Shown here one piece after another: positions 49,523 to 59,007 of a DNA stretch of 64,000 nucleotides. The stretch lies in IMG/VR virus record IMGVR_UViG_3300030329_003387; one strand, 5' to 3'. The translations under genes were made by a program, and so were the position numbers. The DNA is from a virus. The notes under the pieces are model-generated. The model worked only from the letters and a program-made list of their open reading frames with translations, was not told the origin of the DNA and did not search any database. The stretch's first letter is position 1. Each line of letters opens with the position of its first letter.

Positions 49523-49834
49523 TTATAGATTTCTGTGAACTTTAAACGTCTGTATATCTGTATAAAAAGTCCCGTCTGTAATAACTACCTTTCCCTGTAT
49601 TTCGTATGTTCCAACTTCATCCAAATCATCTGCGACAACTGTGTAATATATTTTTCCGTCTGTTCCATCGCTATTAAATGAAGCGGCTTTTGTCATACTT
49701 GTGCCTGATGGCTTTTTAAAAATAATTTGTTTTGTACTTGTAGCACTAGAGACGTTTACAGCGTCACTGCCATCTTTTATTGTTACAAGGAACTTAGTTC
49801 CTATATCGTTTTGGTGTACTTCGTTTGCTGCCAT
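49523..49834 (-). CDS. BppU-N-like Ig/beta-sandwich virion protein
   Basis: QNDIGTKFLVTI...KKPSG...DGTDGKIYY...DLDEVGTYEIQG...FKVHRNL. Confidence 0.6.
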   Translation of the reverse strand: MAANEVHQNDIGTKFLVTIKDGSDAVNVSSATSTKQIIFKKPSGTSMTKAASFNSDGTDGKIYYTVVADDLDEVGTYEIQGKVVITDGTFYTDIQTFKVHRNL

Positions 49835-49835
49835 A

Positions 49836-50414
49836 TTATCTCTCTCTAAATAAATCAAAGCTTTTTTGCTTATCTATGTATTGAGATTTGTTAATAATCT
49901 TATCTATATACAAATCAACAGGCTTTTGTTTGTCTAAATACAAAGCCAATTCCGGCATTTTTTCTATATAAGCAGATAAATCAAGCTGCTTATCTAAATA
50001 CAGTGTTAAATCAACAGTATCCGCATTATCAAAGGCGTTTGTAAGTTTACCCGCTAATGTGGAAGGGAAAGTTAAATCAGCAGTCCCTCCTAATAATAAT
50101 ACACTTTTTGACGTTAAACTTCCCTGACTTTCTAAAGAAGCAGTGTCTGCCCAATTAAAAGAGGCGCTTACAACCACTGGTATGTTTGTTGTGCCAATTT
50201 TTTCTACAATCCCATTAGCTGCAAAATGCACGCTTGAATACATAACTTCTTGGGTTATGGTTGCTGTACCAACAAGCGTAGGTCCTTTTTCAAAACCAAT
50301 GTCGAAACCTCTACTAAAAGCAGGTCCAACAGCTATTCTGGCTACAGCGTTCCTAGACGCTAAAGCACTAATAGACGAAAGTGCATTGGAGCTTATAGGG
50401 CTAAAACCTAGCAT
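49836..50414 (-). CDS. Putative virion protein (MLGFSP N-terminus, LYxDK repeats)
   Basis: Five to six [LQ]Y[LI][DE]K repeats at the C-terminus; AFSRGFDIGF motif. Confidence 0.5.
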   Translation of the reverse strand: MLGFSPISSNALSSISALASRNAVARIAVGPAFSRGFDIGFEKGPTLVGTATITQEVMYSSVHFAANGIVEKIGTTNIPVVVSASFNWADTASLESQGSLTSKSVLLLGGTADLTFPSTLAGKLTNAFDNADTVDLTLYLDKQLDLSAYIEKMPELALYLDKQKPVDLYIDKIINKSQYIDKQKSFDLFRER

Positions 50415-51206
50415 TTAAAGTTCTTTCAATGATTTTATTGATTTAAGATTGTAATTCAAAAATTGTTCTTCGCTAGTAAAGGCTGTTGGTCCTGTTATGT
50501 CAGGGTTTCCCTTGAACCTAAACAAAAAATTTCCCATATCCGAAGCTCTAACTAAAGCGTAGTGATCGTTCATTATCTTTTTGTGGTATTTTTTAAGTTC
50601 CTTATCATCCATACCTTTAATGTCTTCTACAACATTAATACCTTTACTTTTTAAGTAGGATATGCAAAATGTAAGTTCTGCCGTTATGTCCTTATAAAAA
50701 AGTTCGCTTTTTAAACCCACCCTCTTTGCACTTACGGGTTTGTCTTCTTTAAAGTTTTTTATAAACTCCATGCTCCATATGAGCATTGAAAACAAGCTTT
50801 TCTTCTTTCCGCCAATAATATGATCTGAAGGGTGAAACAATACATCCGGCCTAAACAAAAAATTACAAGTAGTGATTTTGTTAGGGTTTTTTCTAGCAGT
50901 GTCTACAAGGTTAGATATGTCAGTAAAATACTCATCAGATCTCAATTTTATTACATAGTCTGTTTTAGCTGCTCTTACGCCTTCAAAAAATGTTTTTATG
51001 TGATATTGTATATTTTGAAAGTTATACCCTTTAGGTTTAAAAAATTTGTTCTTTATTATTTTTGCATGTCTACCGAGGTTTTTGATTAGGTTTGGACAAT
51101 CGTTATCCCAGCAAGAAACTATAACTTCTCCATATTTTTTACATATCTTTGCTGTTTTTATTGTTTCGCAAGTAAGTGGTCCTTGTATTACAAACGTTAT
51201 TTTCAT
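50415..51206 (-). CDS. WavE-like lipopolysaccharide synthesis protein (glycosyltransferase-like)
   Basis: ITFVIQGP, IVSCW, NIQYHIKT..G, YVIKLRSD, FHPSDH motifs. Confidence 0.7.
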   Translation of the reverse strand: MKITFVIQGPLTCETIKTAKICKKYGEVIVSCWDNDCPNLIKNLGRHAKIIKNKFFKPKGYNFQNIQYHIKTFFEGVRAAKTDYVIKLRSDEYFTDISNLVDTARKNPNKITTCNFLFRPDVLFHPSDHIIGGKKKSLFSMLIWSMEFIKNFKEDKPVSAKRVGLKSELFYKDITAELTFCISYLKSKGINVVEDIKGMDDKELKKYHKKIMNDHYALVRASDMGNFLFRFKGNPDITGPTAFTSEEQFLNYNLKSIKSLKEL

Positions 51207-51779
51207 TTATAAAACTTTGCATAAATAAGAAGGCCATCTGTCTTCGCTTATAGCTTCCATTGTTATATCGCCGTTTTGAATTCTTTCATTTACAGCTCTT
51301 ACAACAGAAGTTCCCCAAGTATTCTCCATAAAGTTACAATAGTCATGGCCCATGATATACCCTCCTTTTTTTACCTTAAGCAATGAAATTTCTATCTCCG
51401 CAGATACAACTTCATAGTCATGGTTTGAGTCTAAATAAACCCAGTCCAAAGAATTATCCTGTAGCTCACACAAAAACTCAGTACTATAATCTTTTATAAG
51501 TTCAGCTCTTCCTGAACTAATTTCTTCTGAAAAAATGTCCGCAACCATTTCATAATGGTTCCCGTAGCTCGGTATAAGCTGTGGATGCCATTCCTGACCA
51601 TCGGGACATAACTCAGTCCATATATCAACCAAGTACATCTTCTTAGGCTTCGTGTACTGGAACAGTATCGCGGCATTTGAACCTTTGCAAACACCAAGCT
51701 CTGCTCCTACGCCACCTTTAGGTATTGATAAGTACAGCTCTTCCCTTGTCTGCGTTATTTTAATCTTGTCCATGCCCAC
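51207..51779 (-). CDS. Class I SAM-dependent methyltransferase (Methyltransf_24-like)
   Basis: GAELGVCKG, YLVDIW, LDWVYLDSNHDYE, VKKGGYIMGHDY. Confidence 0.85.
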   Translation of the reverse strand: MGMDKIKITQTREELYLSIPKGGVGAELGVCKGSNAAILFQYTKPKKMYLVDIWTELCPDGQEWHPQLIPSYGNHYEMVADIFSEEISSGRAELIKDYSTEFLCELQDNSLDWVYLDSNHDYEVVSAEIEISLLKVKKGGYIMGHDYCNFMENTWGTSVVRAVNERIQNGDITMEAISEDRWPSYLCKVL

Positions 51780-52833
51780 GTTTTACCCATATCCTTTCAT
51801 CATCAGGACATATTACAACTTTGCCCGACTTCTCGTGTATCTTCTTTGCTTCTAATTTGTGACTCTCAACAAATATAAAAGCTTGGCTTTTTAAATATAT
51901 ATCAGCCTTAAAACTGGAAGACTCTTCTATATGATTTTTGTTTCTCTCTTCTTCTCTCTCTGTTGGAAACATGTGTAATTCTTCATAATCTACTCCATGT
52001 TTTTTAAGCCATCTCTCCGTGACCTCTCTGTATTTTTCAAGTCTTGCTGTTACTATACCTTGAACTTTATAAAGACTTGGAAGTCTGTGTTGTATTGGTT
52101 CTACATTTTCAATGTATTCAATGTACTTCTGTTCGTCGTTTGCTATATGTGAAGGAACGTCTGGTGAAAGTATTCCATCAAAATCTAAATAACTTCTTTC
52201 CATGTATGAAGTATTAAAAAAGCACCAATCCAGTATGTATGGATGATGCAAATCAAGACCGTAAATATCCACTTTGTCAAGTTTTTTAGGGTTAGCATAA
52301 ACAGCGCATGTGACTATATCCTCGTCTGTCTCAATACGACCTACAGCTTTTTCCATAGATCCTCCGCTTGATAAAGTGTCATCTATCAAGACGATGGAGC
52401 CACTTTTTTCCTTAAACTGTGACATCCTCAACCCTCCAAAGTCTGAAGAGTTTGACATTACATATAAGCTTCCATCTTCCGCTATGCCGTACAAAGGTAT
52501 GTTTAACCAAAGTGCGCATAGACTAGCTGGCAATATTCCAGATCTTGGGACTCCAATTACTCCCTTTAAATTCATCCTTGCCAATTTTGGTAGAAGATGT
52601 TTTTTTATGTCGTCAACTAAAGAAGACACCGTAGAAAATCTAATACTTAGGTTGTCTGGATAACACCAAGGCCCAGTGGCTTTTCTCTTATGTTTCTTCT
52701 CAACTGCTATCTTGTATTTTTTTCTTTCCTCTGGTGTGGCGTTTTGACACCACTGCCAGTTAGGAGGTTCGTAGGTCATCTCTTGCTGGAAAAACGAGCA
52801 AAATCCCCACGACTCGCACTGACACCTGTCCAT
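51760..52833 (-). CDS. Phosphoribosyltransferase + HAD phosphatase fusion with N-terminal Cys motif
   Basis: VIGVPRSG and IVLIDDTLSSGGS (PRPP-binding loop); YLDFDGIL (DxD), IVTAR, T..WL..HG, FVES (HAD). Confidence 0.8.
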   Translation of the reverse strand: MDRCQCESWGFCSFFQQEMTYEPPNWQWCQNATPEERKKYKIAVEKKHKRKATGPWCYPDNLSIRFSTVSSLVDDIKKHLLPKLARMNLKGVIGVPRSGILPASLCALWLNIPLYGIAEDGSLYVMSNSSDFGGLRMSQFKEKSGSIVLIDDTLSSGGSMEKAVGRIETDEDIVTCAVYANPKKLDKVDIYGLDLHHPYILDWCFFNTSYMERSYLDFDGILSPDVPSHIANDEQKYIEYIENVEPIQHRLPSLYKVQGIVTARLEKYREVTERWLKKHGVDYEELHMFPTEREEERNKNHIEESSSFKADIYLKSQAFIFVESHKLEAKKIHEKSGKVVICPDDERIWVKRGHGQD

Positions 52834-52842
52834 AATTCTCTC

Positions 52843-53250
52843 TTATAAAAACAAATTAAAAGCTGGTCCTAAATCTCTTGTGAAGTCATGTGGAGCTTTA
52901 TTAGGAGATGCTGAACTTCCTGTTCCAGAAGGTAGGTCACAAGGAGAGTCATCTCCATCCCCATTACTATCAGTAATGTATTTAAGTGTTAATGTATCTC
53001 CGTCTGTTATTCCTGTGACAAGATATGTGTAAGTAGAGACATCAATTCCTCCATCTCCATGCGCTCCATTTCCAGCATCCATTTTATAAACAGTCACATT
53101 GTCTCCAACCTGCACGGGTATGGAGGGAGGACCGGCATCGCCGGGATCCCAAGTAATTTTTGCTGAATAATTGACGGTGTAGCTAGGTCCAGACCCCGAA
53201 CAACTACTTACTGCTTTATCGCTTACTACATCTACTGTATTTCTAGCCAT
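52843..53250 (-). CDS. Hypothetical putative virion protein
   Basis: In-operon ORF with G/D/S/T-rich beta composition. Confidence 0.5.
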   Translation of the reverse strand: MARNTVDVVSDKAVSSCSGSGPSYTVNYSAKITWDPGDAGPPSIPVQVGDNVTVYKMDAGNGAHGDGGIDVSTYTYLVTGITDGDTLTLKYITDSNGDGDDSPCDLPSGTGSSASPNKAPHDFTRDLGPAFNLFL

Positions 53251-53258
53251 CTATATGT

Positions 53259-53543
53259 TTATGGGTTAGGATCAAAGATATCAACCGAAGTATCAAGGCC
53301 CGAAACAGAAGCTTCTCTAGCTTGTTTTACTTCCCAAGCGTCTACATGACTGCTTAAAAACTCACGAACTTTTCTATGAACAAAACTGCCTTGAGTTTCA
53401 GGGTTTGGTATTGTTTCAGGCTCTTCTCCACCTTCTACGAAATCTGGGTTTGGAATATTCTCTAGCCAGCCATACGCACCGCATACAGCATCAAAAACTT
53501 TTTGGATATCCCCATCAGCTATTCCTAATTCAAAAATTGCCAT
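53259..53543 (-). CDS. Small fibre-associated protein
   Basis: IPNP...IPNPET motif; follows a fibre gene; AGGAG RBS. Confidence 0.55.
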   Translation of the reverse strand: MAIFELGIADGDIQKVFDAVCGAYGWLENIPNPDFVEGGEEPETIPNPETQGSFVHRKVREFLSSHVDAWEVKQAREASVSGLDTSVDIFDPNP

Positions 53544-53553
53544 TATAAACTCC

Positions 53554-55623
53554 TTATATATTTTGACCTATAATAAAACCATCAAATGCATTCTCATCAT
53601 TAATAATAAATCCTACAGTATCAGCCTTTGCATTTGTTCTAGTCATAGTGTGTGCTATTCCTCCAGCCCATTTAATTGTAACGCTAGCAGGACTTCCACC
53701 ACCATCTTGGTCATGAGTGACAGCATTATAGGCGATACTATAGTTATTACCTGCTGGCTGAGTAAATCTAATTAAAAATCTTTGACCATCTGTTCCATTA
53801 GTAAAATCTATGTCTGTTACATTTGCGCCTAAAGTTATATTAAAGTAGTTACCAGAACTTAGGTCTATAACGACTGTAGCATCTTCGGTAGCGCTTGTAA
53901 TACCTTGGTTTATTGACTTAGCAAATAGTACAGACCCTCCGTCATTAATAGTAATCGCATCGTCACCGTCTGTGTATGCAATTTTGGGTGTTTGTACTTC
54001 TCCAGCAGAGTCTACTTTGAATAACGTGGCATCGCTATTGTTAACAATATGTATTAAGTCGCCGGAGTGAGATCCGGGCATTTTAGCATAAATGGCTTCA
54101 TCAGCAGCTTCGTATGGATAAACTTGCAAGGCCGAATCGCCAGCAGAATTTGTGAGCAAATCAGCCTGACCGATAGCCAAATGTTTATTTTCCATATCAG
54201 CCTTGATGATAGTACCACCTGCTCCGCTAGTTGAAGGTTCATCGTTTGCAATGTAAAGCATATTGCTTGCGTGGTCGAAGTCACCATAGCCAGCTTCAAA
54301 GCCTAGATATAAACAATAATTGGCGGCTGTCCCACGCCCTTTATTTTTACCCGCTCTATACCCTACTCCAACAGAACCATAGTTTTCTGCAACGTCACTA
54401 GAACTACCAGACATTGCCGACGAGCCAATTGCAACTACATTTACTTCTGTGTTTGATGCGTCTCCAATATACTGACCAGCTTCTGAACCAATAATAACAG
54501 AATTTTGAACGTGAGAAAGTTTACCCGCTCGGTTTCCAATTAGTACACTACTTGACCTATTAGTAAACGAAGAGCTTGATTCGCCAGCTTGATAACCAAT
54601 AACAACCATTTTGCTCTGATAGGTTGTTGCCCCTTCATTTGGTTCATATCCAATAGCAACCGTGTAAGTTCCTGTAGTTAAGTCCTTCGAGGCGTTATAA
54701 CCAATAGCTACATTCCCATCGCCTGTTGTGATATCCTCTAAGGCGGTAGTTCCGAGTGCAATATTATAATTAGCTCCAAGGGTTGTGCTACTTGGGTCAT
54801 TGCCAAGAAATATAGAGTTATTCTCTACTAAACAATCTGAAAGGTCATTTATAGATGATGCTCCTCCTCCAGAGGCGTTTTCCCAGCCCGGAGCATTTGC
54901 TGCGTCATTTACTGTTAAGACCTGTCCGTCAGATCCTATACCAAGCCTAACATAGTTAGTGCCATTATGATAAAGAATATCTCCAGCCGCATCTGAACCA
55001 ACATCAAACCCTGCGGCAAATGTAACTTTACCACCATCAGCGATAGTCATTGCATTGTCGCCATCAGTATAGTCGATGGTTGCAGTTTCAATGCTACCAC
55101 TGTTAACGGTTAATCCTGTCGAATCAATCGTTACGCGTTTAGTATTGTCTGCATAAAAATTAATTTGATTAGCGGTCTCAAAGTCTATCTTGGTTTGATC
55201 GTCCTCACCAATTTTAATATCAGTAGCAAGGAGAGAGGTTATCCCAGTGACCGCACCAGCTAAAATAACCTCTGTTCCCTCTACTGTTATTACTCCAGCA
55301 CTACTTCTTGCTATCGTGGTATCACTCGCATGTCCGAGTTCTAGATTACCAGCTAAAGTAAGATTTCCACCAGAGCTTAAGCTCATATCATAATTAGTCG
55401 CTCCGGGAGCGGCAGATTCACTAGCAGCAGTTACAAAAACCAATTCAGTAGCATTGTTATCAGCAGCAAAAGTGCCTTCTGACCTAGCGAACATGGAGGC
55501 CGCTATTAATATTGAGTCGGTTCCTCCAGCTTCGTTAGGTGCAGCAAAACAAACTTGACCTAATATATCGTTATCAACGATAGCAGTATCTGCTACGTTT
55601 TGTAACGTGATTGAATGTGCCAT
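53554..55623 (-). CDS. Fibre protein with YadA/hemagglutinin-like beta-roll repeats
   Basis: NIALG/NVAIG/VAIG/VVIG repeats; RLGIGSDGQVLTV; start placed at ATG 55623 behind AGGAG. Confidence 0.75.
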   Translation of the reverse strand: MAHSITLQNVADTAIVDNDILGQVCFAAPNEAGGTDSILIAASMFARSEGTFAADNNATELVFVTAASESAAPGATNYDMSLSSGGNLTLAGNLELGHASDTTIARSSAGVITVEGTEVILAGAVTGITSLLATDIKIGEDDQTKIDFETANQINFYADNTKRVTIDSTGLTVNSGSIETATIDYTDGDNAMTIADGGKVTFAAGFDVGSDAAGDILYHNGTNYVRLGIGSDGQVLTVNDAANAPGWENASGGGASSINDLSDCLVENNSIFLGNDPSSTTLGANYNIALGTTALEDITTGDGNVAIGYNASKDLTTGTYTVAIGYEPNEGATTYQSKMVVIGYQAGESSSSFTNRSSSVLIGNRAGKLSHVQNSVIIGSEAGQYIGDASNTEVNVVAIGSSAMSGSSSDVAENYGSVGVGYRAGKNKGRGTAANYCLYLGFEAGYGDFDHASNMLYIANDEPSTSGAGGTIIKADMENKHLAIGQADLLTNSAGDSALQVYPYEAADEAIYAKMPGSHSGDLIHIVNNSDATLFKVDSAGEVQTPKIAYTDGDDAITINDGGSVLFAKSINQGITSATEDATVVIDLSSGNYFNITLGANVTDIDFTNGTDGQRFLIRFTQPAGNNYSIAYNAVTHDQDGGGSPASVTIKWAGGIAHTMTRTNAKADTVGFIINDENAFDGFIIGQNI

Positions 55624-55642
55624 TCCACAAAAGCTCCTAAAA

Positions 55643-57487
55643 TTACATGATGTACCAAGTATCAGCGGCTCCAACAATGACAGTTACACTTTCGTGCTGA
55701 TGGTAAAGAACAACACTAGTTCCTCCATCAATTGTGTCATCACCGGCTCTAGAAACACTTACATTACCAGATCCGCTGTCTAGCTTTTTAATGGTGTACA
55801 TTGCACCAACATTGCCTGCGGCAGCTTCTGGTAAAGTAGCAGTTCTATTGGATCCACCAGTAGTAACGCCAGTAAAACCTTTACTCACAGTGACATTGTC
55901 ATTAGTGACAACCTCTACAGAATCTATAAATACACTACCCTTTACAGTACTGTTGAATGTAGCAGCTCCAGCCTCGCTACCATCAAGTGTTAAGAACGTT
56001 GTGTCACTACTTCCATCAGTACCTTTGAAGATAATATCTGAATCGCCATCTTGAGCGTCTATAGTGATATTTCCACTGGTTGTAGTAAGATTTATAGCGG
56101 CGTCACCAGCACTAATATCATCAGCAGCAAGACCACTAACAGTAGCGGCGGCTGCAACCCACTTACTACCGTCGTATTTCAAGAATTCGCCACTAGATGG
56201 ACTATCTTGGCCGATCTTAGTAACGTTACCACTTCCATCAAAGGTAAAGGCAGCAGTACCACCACCCTCTTTAAGAGATCCACCATCATCAAGTATAATG
56301 TCACTGCCAGAAACAGTAATATCACCAGCGACTGTAAGATTACCACCACTAGATAGAGACATCTTTTCAGAAGCAGCTTCACTTGCGGCAGTTCTAAAGC
56401 TAAGTTTTGTAGCGTTATTATCAGCTGCGAAATCGCCCTCTGAAACAGCAGCAATTCCAGCAGCTACTAAGATGGCGTCTGTTCCAGTGCCTTCGTCTGG
56501 AGCTTGGAAGTTAATAACACCAATGACATCGTCAGCAGCTATGTCGGTTTCGCCAGTAGCAAGAGTAAGCGTAACTGGTTTATCGTCTGCCGTAGCTGTA
56601 TGCTTCAGGGTAAGACCCGTGTCTGCTACATGACTAAGCGTAATTTCTTTATCACCACCAAAGTGAATAACAGAAGAATCCGACAATAAGATAAGATCGT
56701 TACCGATAACAGCATCTTTTGCAACACTAAGACCGCCATCAGTCTGTAGAGAGCCGTCTGTGGTGCTTGTAGCGTCTGTAGTGTCATCAGTCTTCAAAAC
56801 GCCTGAGAACGTACCTGTGGTCGCTGTAAGGGCTGCTGTAGCTAATGTTCCACCGGCTACAGTAATGGTGTTTGAAGAGTGTGTTAGAGTTACGTCGCCA
56901 TTAGCGAAATTAATAACGCCGCCAGAACCCATATGAAGGTCGTTCCAGCCAAGACTTGTGCTACCTAAGTCGTAGGTGGAGTCTGCATTTGGAAGTAATT
57001 TACCGGCAAACTCTACGTTTTTATTGAACTCCCACTGAGTTCCGGTGTGGTCATAGATTAATGAAGCGCTAGCCCCATCAATTGTAATACCAGCGCCATC
57101 AGCAGCAGCTGAATCAGCTGCGCCAGATGCAAGAACTATATTTAAATCATCAACAGTCAATGTTGTTGAGTTAATAGTAGTTGTAGTACCGTTTACTGTA
57201 AGGTCACCTGTGACAGTCAAGTTATCATTAACAGTGACTTCAGATGTGGTGTGACCAATTGATATTGCTATGCCACTTGTTTCTGTTGCTAGTTTTAAAG
57301 TACCAGTAGCGTTTGTGAGATAACCATGAGAGCCATCGTGATATACTTGCATATCACTACCAGTACCAAACTTAAATTTGTCACTATCTGGTATGATGAG
57401 ATCGCCATTGCTATCAACACTTACAAACTTTGAAGCTTGGGATGTACCTAACGTAGTAATACCAAGCCCGAAGGGTGAATACGTCAT
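55643..57487 (-). CDS. Fibre protein
   Basis: NLTVTGDLTVNGTTTTINSTTL...GAGITIDG; FLKYDGSKW; C-terminal KK.D...DTIDG module. Confidence 0.75.
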   Translation of the reverse strand: MTYSPFGLGITTLGTSQASKFVSVDSNGDLIIPDSDKFKFGTGSDMQVYHDGSHGYLTNATGTLKLATETSGIAISIGHTTSEVTVNDNLTVTGDLTVNGTTTTINSTTLTVDDLNIVLASGAADSAAADGAGITIDGASASLIYDHTGTQWEFNKNVEFAGKLLPNADSTYDLGSTSLGWNDLHMGSGGVINFANGDVTLTHSSNTITVAGGTLATAALTATTGTFSGVLKTDDTTDATSTTDGSLQTDGGLSVAKDAVIGNDLILLSDSSVIHFGGDKEITLSHVADTGLTLKHTATADDKPVTLTLATGETDIAADDVIGVINFQAPDEGTGTDAILVAAGIAAVSEGDFAADNNATKLSFRTAASEAASEKMSLSSGGNLTVAGDITVSGSDIILDDGGSLKEGGGTAAFTFDGSGNVTKIGQDSPSSGEFLKYDGSKWVAAAATVSGLAADDISAGDAAINLTTTSGNITIDAQDGDSDIIFKGTDGSSDTTFLTLDGSEAGAATFNSTVKGSVFIDSVEVVTNDNVTVSKGFTGVTTGGSNRTATLPEAAAGNVGAMYTIKKLDSGSGNVSVSRAGDDTIDGGTSVVLYHQHESVTVIVGAADTWYIM

Positions 57488-57522
57488 ATTATTTCTCCGC
57501 TAGGAAGTTGATGTTTCTATAG

Positions 57523-57533
57523 TAATATACACT
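57523..57533 (-). promoter_or_regulatory. Possible variant late promoter (AGTGTATATTA)
   Basis: Degenerate match to GTGTATAAT in the intergenic gap before 55643..57487. Confidence 0.35.
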
Positions 57534-58157
57534 TTATACTATAAACCAATTGCTGTTATCCGATACCAATGTAACAGATTCATTCTGATGCAAAAGCGCA
57601 ACAGAAGTTGCTCCGTCTATGGTGTCACTTCCAGCCCTTAAAATATTTACAGCATTACTGCTGCTGTCCGTTTTTTTAACTATTACCTGCATACCACCGT
57701 TTGAATCTGCGGTATACAAAGTAACGTCAACTTCCCCACTGCTAGCATTTACAAAGACTACACCATTGGCAGTGGTCAAGGTTGTGTCTCCAGTTATTGT
57801 GGTATAGGGAATTGCGGTGTTTGATTTTCCATCCGCATCAAGAAAAACAGCCTTATCAGCAGGATAAGTACCAAAAACGGTATGCGTACCAACTGTTAAG
57901 TCGATAGCATTATTGCTGTTTGTGCTAGCTAAAACAGTAGTTCTAGCTAACGTGTCTGGAGATCCATCGGTAATAGTCCCGATGCCGACTTCCCATGAAG
58001 TGCCATTTGCATCTTCTATGGCATAGTAAGTTGTATTACTATTACCAACAGCAGATACAAAAGTTTGAAAGCCATCAACAGCACCGGCCAAGCTTAATGT
58101 ACCTGAACCGTCTGTTGTTGTGGTTTCTTTTACTCTGTCTTTTATTACTAGAGCCAT
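57534..58157 (-). CDS. Fibre-base protein (DRVKETTTT N-terminal domain)
   Basis: MALVIKDRVKETTTT.G.GT...WEVGIGT...VFGTYPA; C-terminal module shared with 55643..57487. Confidence 0.7.
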   Translation of the reverse strand: MALVIKDRVKETTTTDGSGTLSLAGAVDGFQTFVSAVGNSNTTYYAIEDANGTSWEVGIGTITDGSPDTLARTTVLASTNSNNAIDLTVGTHTVFGTYPADKAVFLDADGKSNTAIPYTTITGDTTLTTANGVVFVNASSGEVDVTLYTADSNGGMQVIVKKTDSSSNAVNILRAGSDTIDGATSVALLHQNESVTLVSDNSNWFIV

Positions 58158-58189
58158 AGCAACTCCCTAACAAGAGGTTTTAGAGTTTA

Positions 58190-58594
58190 CTAGGCAAATG
58201 TAATGTCTAAATCGCCAGCGTTAAATTTAAATACATCGCCATTTTTAACATCTCTTGACGATGTGAGAGAGCCGTGAAGCAGAACATTTCCTCCGCTTGA
58301 CGCATCTGCAATAAACACGCCAGAAACCATTCCCCAGTCCGCTGAGGATGTCGGAAACGTTACGTCACTAGTATTTTGAGTTGCTCCGTTAGAAGGAGAG
58401 TCCCAAGAGGTGACTTGAACTCTAGCATAAGAACCACCACTAATTTCCTGTGTAACAGTTCCAGCTTCTAGCTTGTCTGTTTCATAAAACTTAATAAGAC
58501 CAACATAAACACTTGTTCCGGGAGTTGTGTATGCGGTATTTCTTAATACGTGGTTTACTAATGCGTTTTCTAGATAATTTGAAAGTGCTGACAT
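58190..58594 (-). CDS. Conserved phage virion protein (SNYLE...GGSYAR...FP....WG)
   Basis: Characteristic motif set seen in phage structural modules; GGAG RBS. Confidence 0.7.
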   Translation of the reverse strand: MSALSNYLENALVNHVLRNTAYTTPGTSVYVGLIKFYETDKLEAGTVTQEISGGSYARVQVTSWDSPSNGATQNTSDVTFPTSSADWGMVSGVFIADASSGGNVLLHGSLTSSRDVKNGDVFKFNAGDLDITFA

Positions 58595-58608
58595 TATTTA
58601 TCTCCGAT

Positions 58609-58890
58609 TTAAAAGGAGGTTAACTCCATTCTTCTCCATGTGTCGGTAGCCACGCATACATAGAGGTGATATATTGTTGTGCCATTTGTAGTAGTCCCAC
58701 CAAATTGCATTTCTCCGGGACTACAAGTTTCTGTCGCACTGGATGGTACTGAATTATCCCAAAAAACAACAGAATCTGCGGTATCTGTAAATGAATCTCT
58801 TACATCTGCGGGACTTATTAAACCACTAGAATTATTAGGCAAAATAGTTGCTATTTGACTAGATAATTCAGTCTTTGTTCTTTTGGTCAC
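58609..58890 (-). CDS. Small fibre-anchor-like protein
   Basis: N-terminus resembles that of 46730..49003; C-terminal LYVCVATDTWRR. Confidence 0.6.
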   Translation of the reverse strand: MTKRTKTELSSQIATILPNNSSGLISPADVRDSFTDTADSVVFWDNSVPSSATETCSPGEMQFGGTTTNGTTIYHLYVCVATDTWRRMELTSF

Positions 58891-58929
58891 TTTAATCCCC
58901 TTATATATTTATCTATACAAAATACATAT

Positions 58930-58941
58930 TATTATACACCA
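58930..58941 (-). promoter_or_regulatory. Putative late promoter TGGTGTATAATA restarting transcription after the MCP terminator
   Basis: Exact motif a few bases downstream of the terminator U-tract. Confidence 0.75.
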
Positions 58942-58946
58942 TATAC

Positions 58947-58982
58947 AAAAAAACCGCCCCTAAAAAAACTCTAGGGGCGGTT
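58947..58982 (-). terminator. Intrinsic terminator after the major capsid gene
   Basis: AACCGCCCCTA-loop-TAGGGGCGGTT followed by a T-tract. Confidence 0.85.
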
Positions 58983-59007
58983 CGTGATGACAGAAAGCCG
59001 TTATTGA

